Part shown: positions 1 to 9,712 of the stretch, one piece after another | Numbering within the stretch: the stretch's first letter is position 1 | Layout of the letters: every line of letters begins with the position of its first letter | IMG/VR virus record: IMGVR_UViG_3300043451_000089 | Location: 1-36,905 of that record | Source of the DNA: a virus | Lineage: Duplodnaviria > Caudoviricetes | Length of the DNA: 36,905 nucleotides | Direction: 5' to 3' (one strand) | Position numbers and translations under genes: made by a program | Notes under the pieces: model-generated | What the model was told of the DNA's origin: nothing | The model's database searches: none | Seen by the model: the letters and a program-made list of their open reading frames with translations, nothing else

Positions 1-127
1 ATTGACTTTTATTGCATCTGCATCTATGACAAAGGTAGCATCCATCATGACCGTAATGAACATTGACCTATAAAATTCCCCACTATCATACAACGTGTAT
101 GGAGTACCTTCCATTTTATCTGGGTTT
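1..127. repeat. Terminal direct repeat, copy 1 (circular-assembly overlap)
   Basis: Bases 1-127 are identical to 36779-36905. The overlap falls inside a continuous ORF, and 127 is a common assembler k-mer length. Confidence 0.95.
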
Positions 128-336
128 ATGACCTCGGACACGAACGAATAGTAACCAATCACGTCCCCATTTTCATCAATACCCTTTTCAAATAACTGAT
201 CATTGCGAATCCAATTCAATATCGTTTCCTTGAATTGCTCGTCCGAGAATACCTCATGCCAAATTTGGTCCAACAACAACTGTCTTTGAACCTCCTCTAA
301 TTTTATCCCCAATATCGTATCGCCAAATTTGAACAT
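1..336 (-). CDS. 5' part of a 157-aa tail-region protein spanning the circular junction (continues at 36778..36641)
   Basis: Manual translation from ATG at 336 gives MFKFGDTILGIKLEEVQRQLLLDQIWHEVFSDEQFKETILNWIRNDQLFEKGIDENGDVIGYYSFVSEVINPDKMEGTPYTLYDSGEFYRSM..., which joins in frame to the 36641..36892 ORF. The linear ORF track missed this part. Confidence 0.85.
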   Translation of the reverse strand, partial: MFKFGDTILGIKLEEVQRQLLLDQIWHEVFSDEQFKETILNWIRNDQLFEKGIDENGDVIGYYSFVSEVINPDKMEGTPYTLYDSGEFYRSMFITVMMDATFVIDADAIKVN

Positions 337-339
337 ACT

Positions 340-347
340 CAAAGTTA
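340..347 (-). promoter_or_regulatory. Possible Bacteroidota -7 element (TAACTTTG) just after a terminator; could give a near-leaderless mRNA
   Basis: Matches TAnnTTTG and ends 3 nt before the ATG at 336. No TTG at -33. Confidence 0.4.
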
Positions 348-379
348 AAAAAAAAGGAGGCCATTTCTCGACCTCCTTT
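347..379 (-). terminator. Rho-independent terminator after the major-tail operon
   Basis: Minus strand reads AAAGGAGGT-CGAGAAATG-GCCTCCTTT followed by a long T run. Confidence 0.85.
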
Positions 380-400
380 CACACTAAATTACCTAACCAA

Positions 401-706
401 TCAGATTTTTGACCATTTGACCCACGCCACACAAACAGCATCTAACAATTCGGGTGCAAGTGCTTTGGACAATGACTGGCGTATCTCCTGCTCAGAAGAG
501 AAACAACTTGCACATACCGACACTTTGCCGACTTGAATATAGTTGGTCGAAAACAAGGCAACGACCTCACTCTCTTTTCTAGTCAATCGAAAAAATTTAA
601 TAGCATCCTCTACTCTATGGAAATTGCGGATTCCTGCTAAATCAAATTTAATCGTAGAGGCCAAAGTCTTTTTGACCTTGGCGCTCACTGATTGTTTTTT
701 TGCCAT
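401..706 (-). CDS. Hypothetical protein, possible tail assembly chaperone
   Basis: 101-aa ORF starting 5 nt after the major tail gene. The function is inferred from position only. Confidence 0.6.
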   Translation of the reverse strand: MAKKQSVSAKVKKTLASTIKFDLAGIRNFHRVEDAIKFFRLTRKESEVVALFSTNYIQVGKVSVCASCFSSEQEIRQSLSKALAPELLDAVCVAWVKWSKI

Positions 707-711
707 AGATT

Positions 712-1611
712 TTAGTCTATGTAAGTGAATGTTACCTCACCTGCAAATCCTTCTTTTACGACTTTCAATGTGTAACTCACACTATCAGTCAATGCAGATG
801 CAGGAGTGATTGAATAAGTACCCTCTGGAGACTCAGTCAATGTGCTCAATGATACTGTTGAACCAGTTGAATTGTTGACTACTTCAAAGTCAGCCAATAC
901 CGCGCCTGAGAACTTAATCAAATTGATTCCAGTTCCGTATTGCAAACGTGCAGTGAATGAATTTAATGTGTTACCTGGAACCGCTGCCACCAAATCAACA
1001 TCTACCAATCCATCCAATTGACTTTGATCGCCAATCTCAGATTGTGTCAACATCCACAAAGTAGATTCATCAAAATTACGCGCCCAATCAAATGCTACCA
1101 TGATTTTTTGAACAGATGCATCTGTTGCAGGCATCCAACGTGGGTCCCAAGATGCAACGTCAACGGGGATTGGATACAACATGTCACCATCTTTTGAGCC
1201 GATCAAGTTACCTTCTACATCCAAGATGTAAAAACCAAAATCAACACAACGTCCAGCAATCAATTTGCCCAAAAACACGGGAGAAGAATCTTCTGCCCAA
1301 AGTTCACCCGCAAATGAGCGAACCCCTTGACGTAAAAATGCCTTACGTCCACTCGCTGATTCCTCGAATTGAGAATCTGCTTTTGCCATTTCGATGTTCT
1401 CGAACACGGGCAATGGGAACAATCTCTTTGAAGCATCTGCCTCATTCACCAAAGTAGTGAAGTTTGGCAAGTCTGCCATGTCAATTCCGTTTTTCGTGCC
1501 GTCATTCGCGAACAAAGGCATCAAAAATAAACGGCTTGCGACCTTTTGAATAGGTACGCAGTTAGGACGTCCAGTGTTGGCCAATCCTACGTTACAGTTA
1601 CAACCAGTCAT
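712..1611 (-). CDS. Major tail (tube) protein
   Basis: 299 aa with a Cys-containing N-terminus (CNC...NTGRPNC) and a beta-rich, Ig-like C-terminal extension. It has a long A-rich leader and lies between the neck genes and the tape measure gene. Confidence 0.7.
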   Translation of the reverse strand: MTGCNCNVGLANTGRPNCVPIQKVASRLFLMPLFANDGTKNGIDMADLPNFTTLVNEADASKRLFPLPVFENIEMAKADSQFEESASGRKAFLRQGVRSFAGELWAEDSSPVFLGKLIAGRCVDFGFYILDVEGNLIGSKDGDMLYPIPVDVASWDPRWMPATDASVQKIMVAFDWARNFDESTLWMLTQSEIGDQSQLDGLVDVDLVAAVPGNTLNSFTARLQYGTGINLIKFSGAVLADFEVVNNSTGSTVSLSTLTESPEGTYSITPASALTDSVSYTLKVVKEGFAGEVTFTYID

Positions 1612-1632
1612 AGTTTTTATTATTTGTTTATG

Positions 1633-1662
1633 CTAAATTACTCTTTTTCAATTAAAAATCAA
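1633..1662 (-). promoter_or_regulatory. Putative promoter for the major tail gene (variant -7 element)
   Basis: TTG(1662-1660)-N19-TAATTTAG(1640-1633); one mismatch to TAnnTTTG. Confidence 0.45.
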
Positions 1663-3317
1663 CACTCACCCGAAAATCCACTCAATACACCTCCATTTCC
1701 TGCACCGCTCGCAACCTTCCATGTGATTAAATCACCCTCGGCAATGGTTGCTGAACCCGTTGTTGAATATGTACCTATTGCAGTTCCAATAGTGGCAACC
1801 AAAGATGTATCAACTCCATTCTTTCTCAACGTGATTGTGTATGCTGCCACTCCAACCGATCTATTTCTGAACATGAAATTCTTATAAACACCCGCTTTTG
1901 CAGGCTGTTGAACAACCGCTTCTGTCGGGCTATTTGTACCTCCTTGGACAGGCATGTAGACAGTTGAACCAGATGCAGGTGTAAAACCTCCATATCCAAA
2001 TACTTTAGAAATCTTTGCATCCAATGCAGATTGAGTTGCTGTTGATATTGGTTTATTGGCATCGCTCGTATTATCAACGTTGCTCAATCCAACCTCACTC
2101 TTGCTTATCGTTCCACTCTCCCATAATTCTGAAACACCATTGTATTTCAAAACATTTTTATCACTAGGACTTGGAACACTTACTCCATGAATTTCATTTA
2201 ATTCATACCCGTTTTGAATAGCTAACACTATTCGTCCTTGGTTTGGATGTGATCTGGCCACAAATCCAATGAATACCGCGTGATTTGGTTCTGCAGGTGG
2301 GGTATTTGCTACCATTTCACCTGCAGTAGTCGATAACCACAATGAATCACCAGCACTGAATGAACTTGTATTTTGATTGTGCAAGGTTCCAATACATGCC
2401 ACGTTTCCGTCCGTATTGTTCAGAATGTCATTGATGACCATTCCAATCGTCTTACTCGATGTAGCTTCACTACTTGCGCTGGCTAATAATGCATTTGGAC
2501 GTTCACCAGTTGACCCACTCAAATACACAATTTGACCCTTTAATAAGGTCGCGCCCGTGGAATTTCTAACAATAATCGGAATACGCTCCGCATTATCCAC
2601 TATTCCATCACCTTCTGAATCATAAATTGCCGTGGTCATCTTGGCATCCAATGCCGTTTGGGTCGCAGTGCTAATTGGCTTATCTGCATCGCTCGTATTG
2701 TCCACGTTTCCGAGCCCAATGTCACTCTTGCCCAATACAACGTCACCAATTTGCCCATTCACAGTTGTTACAGGTGATGCTGGAGTTACTATGGCAGTCC
2801 AAGACGATAACTCTGTTGGTGTTTCACCGGTTATTACATACGCACGTTCTTCATCGTTACGAATACACCAATCACCAACTTGTCCATCCAAGGACAACAT
2901 CTCCGCTTGATCAGCAACAGAACCAAGGAACTCCGAAATTGCTATTGCAGGAAGTTGACTTGAAACTAATTTACCGCCCGATAAATCGGCTTTCGTTGCC
3001 AATGTGGTAGAAAGGTCCACAACATCACTAATCGGGTGCGTATGGGGTGCAGGTGCAAATGTGGTAGGCTTATTTTGAATATCATTCCAATAAACAATAC
3101 CACTACCGCCACCACTTCCATTTCCAAATGATGCGTATTCGAGGTCATTCCAATACGTTTCCCCGTTTCCGACCTTAAATCTGAATTGTTTAATGCCATC
3201 AGTAATGACAAATGTGTCCAATTCAAGACCTATTTCACCCTCTAAAAGTAGTGGGTTGTTGGTTGTCCATTGCTCGGACGTTGACCTGCGTATTAAGATT
3301 CTATATTTCTTTCTCAT
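1659..3317 (-). CDS. Fibre/whisker-like virion protein with an Mtd_N/hyaluronidase-N-like N-terminal domain
   Basis: N-terminal RRSTSEQWTTNNPLLLEGEIGLELDT...FKVGNG..WNDLEY motif, a Gly linker, two GL.NVDNTSDA.KPISTATQ.ALDAK fibre repeats and a small C-terminal beta domain. Confidence 0.75.
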   Translation of the reverse strand: MRKKYRILIRRSTSEQWTTNNPLLLEGEIGLELDTFVITDGIKQFRFKVGNGETYWNDLEYASFGNGSGGGSGIVYWNDIQNKPTTFAPAPHTHPISDVVDLSTTLATKADLSGGKLVSSQLPAIAISEFLGSVADQAEMLSLDGQVGDWCIRNDEERAYVITGETPTELSSWTAIVTPASPVTTVNGQIGDVVLGKSDIGLGNVDNTSDADKPISTATQTALDAKMTTAIYDSEGDGIVDNAERIPIIVRNSTGATLLKGQIVYLSGSTGERPNALLASASSEATSSKTIGMVINDILNNTDGNVACIGTLHNQNTSSFSAGDSLWLSTTAGEMVANTPPAEPNHAVFIGFVARSHPNQGRIVLAIQNGYELNEIHGVSVPSPSDKNVLKYNGVSELWESGTISKSEVGLSNVDNTSDANKPISTATQSALDAKISKVFGYGGFTPASGSTVYMPVQGGTNSPTEAVVQQPAKAGVYKNFMFRNRSVGVAAYTITLRKNGVDTSLVATIGTAIGTYSTTGSATIAEGDLITWKVASGAGNGGVLSGFSGEC

Positions 3318-4081
3318 AGTTGACCTCCATCAATAGTTCCAAAATAGTCCGTGTTTGAGTTGCCACCATCCAAAATGTACTCGTACTCGTTCCCGTTGCA
3401 TGAAGTAGAACAACCCTCCTTGTATTTTACCAAGTTGATTCGTAATTCTACACCGCTAAAATCTGCATTCAAGATGTTTTTGAATGTTCCTTGCGCGTTC
3501 TCGGACCCGAACCTACTGAATGTCTTTCTCTGCACGTTCCGAATCTTTTTAAAGATTGGTTTCGAGTTTACGACCCTCAAAAATTCACTTATAAGTGAAT
3601 TCATAGGCTGAACAACATTCTCTTGGTGGTCCTTTGTAGTGAAATTCATTGGATTTGTTTCATCCAAAAAGAAAATGCGCAATGGCACATCGTATTCAAT
3701 CGAACTTTCTGGACCACTTTCGGTATAAGTAATCGTATCGAGTAACCAAATGAACGGAGTTTTCTCACGAATATCGTTGCTCCGTCTTTGCCATTCCATG
3801 TTTGTGGCGATCTGAGTACCGAGTAATGCAAACGGATTGGGTAAAAATACAGCCCCATCGAGTACATTTTCGTGCCCAACTGGTTCCGCTTTGATGTAAA
3901 CATTGGGTACAACCTCCGTAATCTTGAAAAGATTATCGTTCGTGTCCACGACTAATTTTGAAGGTCTCGCCCATTTGGTATGGCATGAAATAGAACGCCC
4001 TGTCGATTCATCGTAGTTCACGACTATGACATTGCTCATTTCATTGACCAAGCTATTGAACGTAGAAAGAATATCTATCAT
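3314..4081 (-). CDS. Neck/tail-terminator-like virion protein with a C-terminal DGG-repeat extension
   Basis: 255 aa, coupled to both neighbours by 4-nt overlaps. It lies between the connector and the tail tube and ends YILDGGNSNTDYFGTIDGGQL. Confidence 0.55.
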   Translation of the reverse strand: MIDILSTFNSLVNEMSNVIVVNYDESTGRSISCHTKWARPSKLVVDTNDNLFKITEVVPNVYIKAEPVGHENVLDGAVFLPNPFALLGTQIATNMEWQRRSNDIREKTPFIWLLDTITYTESGPESSIEYDVPLRIFFLDETNPMNFTTKDHQENVVQPMNSLISEFLRVVNSKPIFKKIRNVQRKTFSRFGSENAQGTFKNILNADFSGVELRINLVKYKEGCSTSCNGNEYEYILDGGNSNTDYFGTIDGGQL

Positions 4082-4812
4082 AACCAGTAGGCAAATTCTA
4101 AATTTTGTCCATTGAATTGGGAGTAATCTAAACCGACATAGGTAAGAATTATTGAAGCTTCACCCTCTCCAATTGATACCGTGTTTCCGACCTTGTAACC
4201 ACTACCCATTTGATTGATAGCAATGGAGGTGATAACTCCTGCCTCGGTTGTAATGTCAACAGTCAATCCCGTTCCGTCACCTCCAAAACACGGAACATTT
4301 GTAGCGTCTGAATAGCCAGTGCCACCATCCACAATTTCGGTCAATATTACTTGACCACCTACCGCATTTGCATTGTAGGTAATATATTTTCGAATAGCGC
4401 GATATGTGCGAATTGCATCATTGTACTTGTTCCACATTGTTGTGTATAACGTACTCGCGATTTCGGATGTCTCAGATTTTGGTATAACTCCACCCTGCGG
4501 AGTTTCGGCATTGATTAAATCTCGTTGCCATTCAAAGTAAATGCAACCAAGCAACATGTCTTTGATTCCATTACTTATCACAATTTCATTGCATTGCTCG
4601 AATGCTAATTGATTAAAAATGGATAGGAACAACGGAGACCTTGGGACCCCGTTGCTCAAATCCGAGATGAATTGATTATACATATTCACACCAAGCAATT
4701 TCAACAAATAAATGCGCTCATATCTGGTCATGTACTCGACCAAGTTATCATCTATGTACGTCCCAGTGGACATCTTAAATTTACCTTTAAAATCTGCTGT
4801 GGTGACAATCAT
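4078..4812 (-). CDS. Head-tail connector-like protein with an inserted GTGY/GSGY beta domain
   Basis: Position after the capsid genes; helical N-terminal 145 aa, then IVDGGTGYS...INQMGSGYKVG. Confidence 0.6.
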   Translation of the reverse strand: MIVTTADFKGKFKMSTGTYIDDNLVEYMTRYERIYLLKLLGVNMYNQFISDLSNGVPRSPLFLSIFNQLAFEQCNEIVISNGIKDMLLGCIYFEWQRDLINAETPQGGVIPKSETSEIASTLYTTMWNKYNDAIRTYRAIRKYITYNANAVGGQVILTEIVDGGTGYSDATNVPCFGGDGTGLTVDITTEAGVITSIAINQMGSGYKVGNTVSIGEGEASIILTYVGLDYSQFNGQNLEFAYWL

Positions 4813-4815
4813 GTC

Positions 4816-5124
4816 TTAATCTTTTTTTAGTTCTGCTACGCCTTTCTCAATGAGAATTTTTGCCATGTTTCCGATCACTTTAAACACTTTTCCTTTCGGC
4901 ATCAAAGGTGAATTTCCATTCGCCACGATTTCATAGTGCTTAGTCTTATCGAACTCAATGTCAATTTTCCATTTTTTGCCCTTTTTCTCAACCGATACAT
5001 CGACTTTTTCCGTGTCAACTTCGGCTGTGAAATCTCCGTTGGCACTAACTTCTAAGTTAGCATCAACAATAGGGGTGTCAACGTTAATGTCGACACCCTT
5101 ATTTTGGTCTTTTTTCTTAGCCAT
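4816..5124 (-). CDS. Hypothetical head-region protein
   Basis: 102-aa ORF starting 9 nt after the capsid gene; ends AKILIEKGVAE. Confidence 0.7.
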   Translation of the reverse strand: MAKKKDQNKGVDINVDTPIVDANLEVSANGDFTAEVDTEKVDVSVEKKGKKWKIDIEFDKTKHYEIVANGNSPLMPKGKVFKVIGNMAKILIEKGVAELKKD

Positions 5125-5133
5125 TGGTTAAGA

Positions 5134-6315
5134 TTATGCAGGTAACAATGCAGCAATTGCAGTTGCTACGTCTGCCTTAACAAACGCGCGAACCTCATTG
5201 TTCTTGATGTAGTGAGCTGCACGAGCTTCACAGATGATTGACACCATGTTTTTCGAGAAATCATCGTTGTTGTAACCAACAGTGATGTTCATATTCTCGC
5301 GAACTCTCAAATTCGACTTGCTCATGTCGGCAACCAATATAGTTCCGGCCGTGATGAAGTTCGAACTAACAACAATCAAGTTGTAAATTGATTGAGTTCC
5401 TGTCAAAGGATCAGTCAAGAAAATTGGGTATGTGTATTCTCCTTGAGTTGTCTTAGTCAACTGAATTTTAGCCAAGTCAGTTGGATTCAACACAACGTGA
5501 GTTGGGAAGAAATCAGCTCCTTCAACTTGCGCAGCTGCAGCACGAATTACATCAGAGATGTTTGCTGCTGTAACAGTACCTGCAAGATCACCTGCATCAA
5601 AGTCAACAGCAAATTCCAAGATACCTTTCATGTTGTTTCCAGTGCCATCACCAGTCAACAATTGATTCTCTAACTCTTCACGAACACTCGCCATCAAATC
5701 AGTGTTGATTTCATTTTGCATGAACGCCAAATCTTCCAACATTTCTTTTGAAACCTTGATGATTCCAGCGATTTTCTTCACCTCAACGCTCACCTCTTCG
5801 TACTGAACATTACCCAATGTTTTTGCACCACCCTCGGCAATCATGCCAACGCTTGATTGCAAAGTTTGAGAAACGTACTTGATGAACTTTGATGTAACGT
5901 TTGCCACGTTTACGATGGTTTGAAGCAAAACGCGCTTACGTACAATTCTGCTCACTCCTGGCTCCAAAGTAGTCAACGCCTGAGTACCTGAGTAGTCAGC
6001 ATTGATAGTCGTTTTCACCTCCAAAGAGACTGAACGTCCTTCACCTTTTAAAGCATCAATCTTGTCAGAAACCGCTTTTACGATTGTCTCACCAAGACTC
6101 AAAGATTTCTCTTCATTCTTTGTTCCTTGCTCTTTCAATTGCTTGATTTGAGCTTCCAAACCTGCGATTGCAGTCTTCATTTCAGTGTTATCAGCACTTG
6201 CCTTTAAGGTCTCCAAAGTTTTTTTGATACCTTTGATCTCTTCCGCTGATGCAACTCCCTGCATCTTAGCGTTAATTGTGTCCTGTAAGGACTTCAAAAT
6301 TTCTTCTTGTGTCAT
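5134..6315 (-). CDS. Major capsid protein, HK97 fold
   Basis: ~100-aa coiled-coil delta domain, then EG.AK, KIAGIIKVSKEMLED, ENQLLTGDGTG, VLNPTD and FSKNMVSIICEAR motifs. Confidence 0.95.
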   Translation of the reverse strand: MTQEEILKSLQDTINAKMQGVASAEEIKGIKKTLETLKASADNTEMKTAIAGLEAQIKQLKEQGTKNEEKSLSLGETIVKAVSDKIDALKGEGRSVSLEVKTTINADYSGTQALTTLEPGVSRIVRKRVLLQTIVNVANVTSKFIKYVSQTLQSSVGMIAEGGAKTLGNVQYEEVSVEVKKIAGIIKVSKEMLEDLAFMQNEINTDLMASVREELENQLLTGDGTGNNMKGILEFAVDFDAGDLAGTVTAANISDVIRAAAAQVEGADFFPTHVVLNPTDLAKIQLTKTTQGEYTYPIFLTDPLTGTQSIYNLIVVSSNFITAGTILVADMSKSNLRVRENMNITVGYNNDDFSKNMVSIICEARAAHYIKNNEVRAFVKADVATAIAALLPA

Positions 6316-6319
6316 TTTT

Positions 6320-7075
6320 TTAAAGTTTTGATATGATTTGCGCCCAGTCTATACCTTTCTCCGTGTTCGGCTCGTTTGCTTCTGAGTGTTCCTTTACGAA
6401 CGGCTCCGCACTTGCGAGTGAAACTAATTGAGATTGATACATCTTTGCTTGCATTTCCAAATTCATGATGCGCTCGTCTGTTCCTTGACCATTCTTGATA
6501 GCCTTAATAACAGTCTCCAAACGTTCGCTAATTTTTTGCGCCTCTGCCATTCTTTCTTGCGCTGTTTTTGCCACGTCCACGACAAATGTTTCAGAGTTTG
6601 CCCCGAACGTAACCGCTGAACCTTCCCACAACTTCACCTCTGTGATGTCGTAGTAACCACCTAATGGATAAGACAAATCTTCCACCCATTTGATTTTGTC
6701 AGAAACGTATCTGAAACCGATTGAATGTTCACGGATAATGCCCTCGGAATAGTCCTTAAAAGCATCCTCACCAAGAGTTGACGTACCCAATTGGGCAACA
6801 CCTCTCAACCCATACGAATCCTCGGTCAATTCGAGAAACTTACCAATAGGCTTTTCCCAATCGTGGTAACGCAAAAATGCAATCTTTCTGTTGCTGGTTG
6901 AATTAGGACCATGCTCCATGATTGACTTAGCAAATGCCCCTTGACGGATGATGTCGTTATCAGAGTCGATGTTTCCGAACTTGGATAGGTACATGACCAC
7001 GGTTCTGTCCTCGGAATTGACGTCCTTGATCTCAAACGCACCCTTGGTTTCATAGCTTCTTAGTATCTTTTTCAT
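6320..7075 (-). CDS. HK97-family prohead protease
   Basis: FGNIDSDNDII..GAF, YHD..KPIG, EDSYGL, HSIGF and LWEGSAVTFGAN motifs. Confidence 0.95.
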   Translation of the reverse strand: MKKILRSYETKGAFEIKDVNSEDRTVVMYLSKFGNIDSDNDIIRQGAFAKSIMEHGPNSTSNRKIAFLRYHDWEKPIGKFLELTEDSYGLRGVAQLGTSTLGEDAFKDYSEGIIREHSIGFRYVSDKIKWVEDLSYPLGGYYDITEVKLWEGSAVTFGANSETFVVDVAKTAQERMAEAQKISERLETVIKAIKNGQGTDERIMNLEMQAKMYQSQLVSLASAEPFVKEHSEANEPNTEKGIDWAQIISKL

Positions 7076-8280
7076 AGTCCTAAAAATTGTCTTTTTTCAT
7101 CATCTGTTAATTGAATGCCCAATTCACTTACATTTTTCAATGTCTCGGATTTGACCTTTTGAATATTTGATTCTTTCTCTTTGTCAGTTTGTAATACAGG
7201 CAAATGACTAAAATCTGCGTGCAATGAATACCCATCTTTATCCAATCCATAGAATGAAACGATTGATTGATACAATGTTTCTGTCTCGGGAATGATTGTA
7301 TCGGTGTAAACCATACGAATTGAATCGCGAACATTCGAAAACGTGGAACCTTCTGTACTTGAAAAGATGTTCATGTTCAATCCATAGGCATCAATGATTT
7401 TCAAAAAGTCCTCTTTTACCTCCTCAAATAACATCAAATCCTTGGTTGGGAATGACATTGGTGTCCATGCCACTGGATTTTCAGTGACTATGATTTCATT
7501 CTTGTGACGTTTTATGAATGACCTTTGTAATTCGTGACGTTCCTCAACTGTCAATGGAATAGCACCTCCAATATCAGTTTTAGCACCCGACAATACCCCA
7601 GGTGATGAAAGATTCTCCAAAAGGACATTGCGCTTTTTGTAACTCGCCATGATGTTGCTCAATGGCAATTGTAACCCATCTAACCTTGACTTTGGATTTA
7701 TGATATTGATACCATCTGGGGTCATGATGTATAACATGTCCTCCAAGTTAATTAGCTCTACCTTTCCATCGTCATAACGGAATCGGTACTTATCAATCAA
7801 TCCATCAATGTCCATTGCGTTCAATCGCTTTCCGTTCGTGTCAATTATGACGTGATCGGTTGGCAATGGCACAATCATTTTGCGAATGTCAAATGATAGC
7901 TTTGGAGAGTACGCAAACGCATTTGAGTAGATACCATCCTGCACCGCCATGGTGAAAATGACATCCTGCCAACTTTGAGTTGCGTTTGGGTTTTTGATTA
8001 AGTCAATTAACCAATGTTTTTCAACCACGTTTCCGTTCTTGTCTTTCATCACTGGCTTATTGGTCATCATCATGGATGCCCTTTTGTCAATTACAGCTCG
8101 GAGTTCTGGAATTTGTAGGTAAAGTTGAAACTTGTTGGACATATCAATCCATACAGCCTCCTTTTTTCCCCACAATTGATAATTGCCCCAAAATCCGCTG
8201 CGAACTTGATCTATTACGCGATCATCATTATTGATTAGGTCGGTAAAAGCTGCTTGTATTGTCTGAAAGAATGAACTCAT
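7072..8280 (-). CDS. Portal protein (HK97-like)
   Basis: 402 aa between TerL and the protease; LIKNPN..QS, NAF and STFSNV...YTDTIIP motifs. Confidence 0.9.
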   Translation of the reverse strand: MSSFFQTIQAAFTDLINNDDRVIDQVRSGFWGNYQLWGKKEAVWIDMSNKFQLYLQIPELRAVIDKRASMMMTNKPVMKDKNGNVVEKHWLIDLIKNPNATQSWQDVIFTMAVQDGIYSNAFAYSPKLSFDIRKMIVPLPTDHVIIDTNGKRLNAMDIDGLIDKYRFRYDDGKVELINLEDMLYIMTPDGINIINPKSRLDGLQLPLSNIMASYKKRNVLLENLSSPGVLSGAKTDIGGAIPLTVEERHELQRSFIKRHKNEIIVTENPVAWTPMSFPTKDLMLFEEVKEDFLKIIDAYGLNMNIFSSTEGSTFSNVRDSIRMVYTDTIIPETETLYQSIVSFYGLDKDGYSLHADFSHLPVLQTDKEKESNIQKVKSETLKNVSELGIQLTDDEKRQFLGL

Positions 8281-8297
8281 TTATCGGCAATTATGTA

Positions 8298-8328
8298 CAA
8301 ATGTATCTTTTTTTGGTAAAAAAACAAA
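8298..8328 (-). promoter_or_regulatory. Bacteroidota primary-sigma promoter for the portal-capsid operon
   Basis: TTTG(8328-8325)-N19-TACATTTG(8305-8298). Confidence 0.7.
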
Positions 8329-8332
8329 TCGG

Positions 8333-9712
8333 TTAAACTTTGAATATACTTTCCGCGAATATCGAAAGACCTGCCATACAATCGGGTGCATCATCATGTT
8401 TGTTCTTTCCCTCCTTTGTGAATGACTTTAAGTTGGTCATGAATTGCTCGAATTGTGAGTTGTTAGTGTTGACAAATGTCATTTCATTGATGATATGTGC
8501 TGACCTCATGATTATTCGTGTCATCTTATTCGTCTGATTGGCTACTGGTAGTATCCGTGTTTTCGTCATAGTCTGGAGATGTCGCCCGAACATAGCGCCC
8601 ATTGAGTTAGATTCCACCCTGCAATAGTTCACATTCCATCGAGTGAGCATAGATGCCACCATTGGGATTGAAACATCCGTATTGTCCCGCGTAAAAATGT
8701 AGTCAACTATGTAGATTTTCTTTCCAATTAACACTCCAACAACACTCGCTGTGTAGTCTGCACCCTCGTCTGAAACGTCACAATAGCCAATCGAACCAAT
8801 ATATCCGTTCGAGTTTGTATCCGTTTTTTGGCTTTTGACAATGTTGTCAAATTCTGACTTGTCAATTATGGTCAAATCCCCGAATAAACGACCTTTAATG
8901 TCAACTGGCTCCTGCATGTACTCAGCCAACCAAATGTCCTTGGGAGTACGTTTCTTTTTCTCCACGTATTCATCCGTGGTCATGACCGATTCACAAAATG
9001 AGTTGCCGTTCTCGTCCATAGCAGGAATAACAATCGATTCATCATAAATTCCCTCAGCCATATTTCTACCGATCATGTCATTGATGGACCACCTTGTCCC
9101 AATGTCGATACGTGCGCACCCCGTTTCAAATCGAGAATCGTGCGTGGCTTCTTTCCACTGAATTACTTTGTCATTGTAGGTATCGGACATGGCATCTTCA
9201 ATACCTCGGTACAAGTCATCCGTAATCGCTACGTTCTCAGCCCCGAAACCGATAATTGTACCTCCTACTCCAGCACCAAAGTAACCAACTTGTCTTGAGC
9301 TCTTAGTATTCCATCCGTCAATGTTGGATTTGTCATCCGCTAATTGCACATGGGGGAATATCTCTCTGAACTTATCTCCAGTCACAATATTTCGCACGTC
9401 ATAACTGAACTTTCGGTACAAGGTGGCCGTACATGTGTTTCTCATTACTGATTTATCGGGGTTTCGACCTAATGTCCACGCGCAATACAGCGATGTGATA
9501 TAAGACTTTCCTGCACGTGGTGGAAGAGATACTGACAATGAACGTATTTTGCGCTCCTCCACCCTCTGAAATGCATCTGCAATTGGTTTTAAAAATGGTC
9601 GTTTGTTAAACAATTCATGATCCATTGCCAAACAGAACTCCCAAAAATCACGTCTTGCTAATTCATTTTTGAGAGCATTTTTGATGTATTCGAGCTTCTC
9701 ATTTTTTTTCAT
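8333..9712 (-). CDS. terL: Terminase large subunit
   Basis: Walker A PPRAGKS, Walker B ITDD, GTRW, AEYMQEP, nuclease DVSDEGADYTA and HDDAPD. Confidence 0.96.
   Translation of the reverse strand: MKKNEKLEYIKNALKNELARRDFWEFCLAMDHELFNKRPFLKPIADAFQRVEERKIRSLSVSLPPRAGKSYITSLYCAWTLGRNPDKSVMRNTCTATLYRKFSYDVRNIVTGDKFREIFPHVQLADDKSNIDGWNTKSSRQVGYFGAGVGGTIIGFGAENVAITDDLYRGIEDAMSDTYNDKVIQWKEATHDSRFETGCARIDIGTRWSINDMIGRNMAEGIYDESIVIPAMDENGNSFCESVMTTDEYVEKKKRTPKDIWLAEYMQEPVDIKGRLFGDLTIIDKSEFDNIVKSQKTDTNSNGYIGSIGYCDVSDEGADYTASVVGVLIGKKIYIVDYIFTRDNTDVSIPMVASMLTRWNVNYCRVESNSMGAMFGRHLQTMTKTRILPVANQTNKMTRIIMRSAHIINEMTFVNTNNSQFEQFMTNLKSFTKEGKNKHDDAPDCMAGLSIFAESIFKV

Noticed and set aside
381-400. Second anti-leader sRNA (TTGGTTAGGTAATTTAGT) before the tail-operon terminator
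   Set aside because: It has no dedicated promoter and only short, scattered complementarity to leaders.
336-706. Programmed frameshift for a tail chaperone G/GT pair
   Set aside because: A terminator separates the ORFs after the tail tube gene, and I saw no convincing slippery heptamer at an ORF end.
1659-3317. Diversity-generating retroelement suggested by the Mtd_N-like domain
   Set aside because: I found no reverse transcriptase and no template/variable repeat pair differing at adenines. The two internal repeats differ mostly at synonymous positions.
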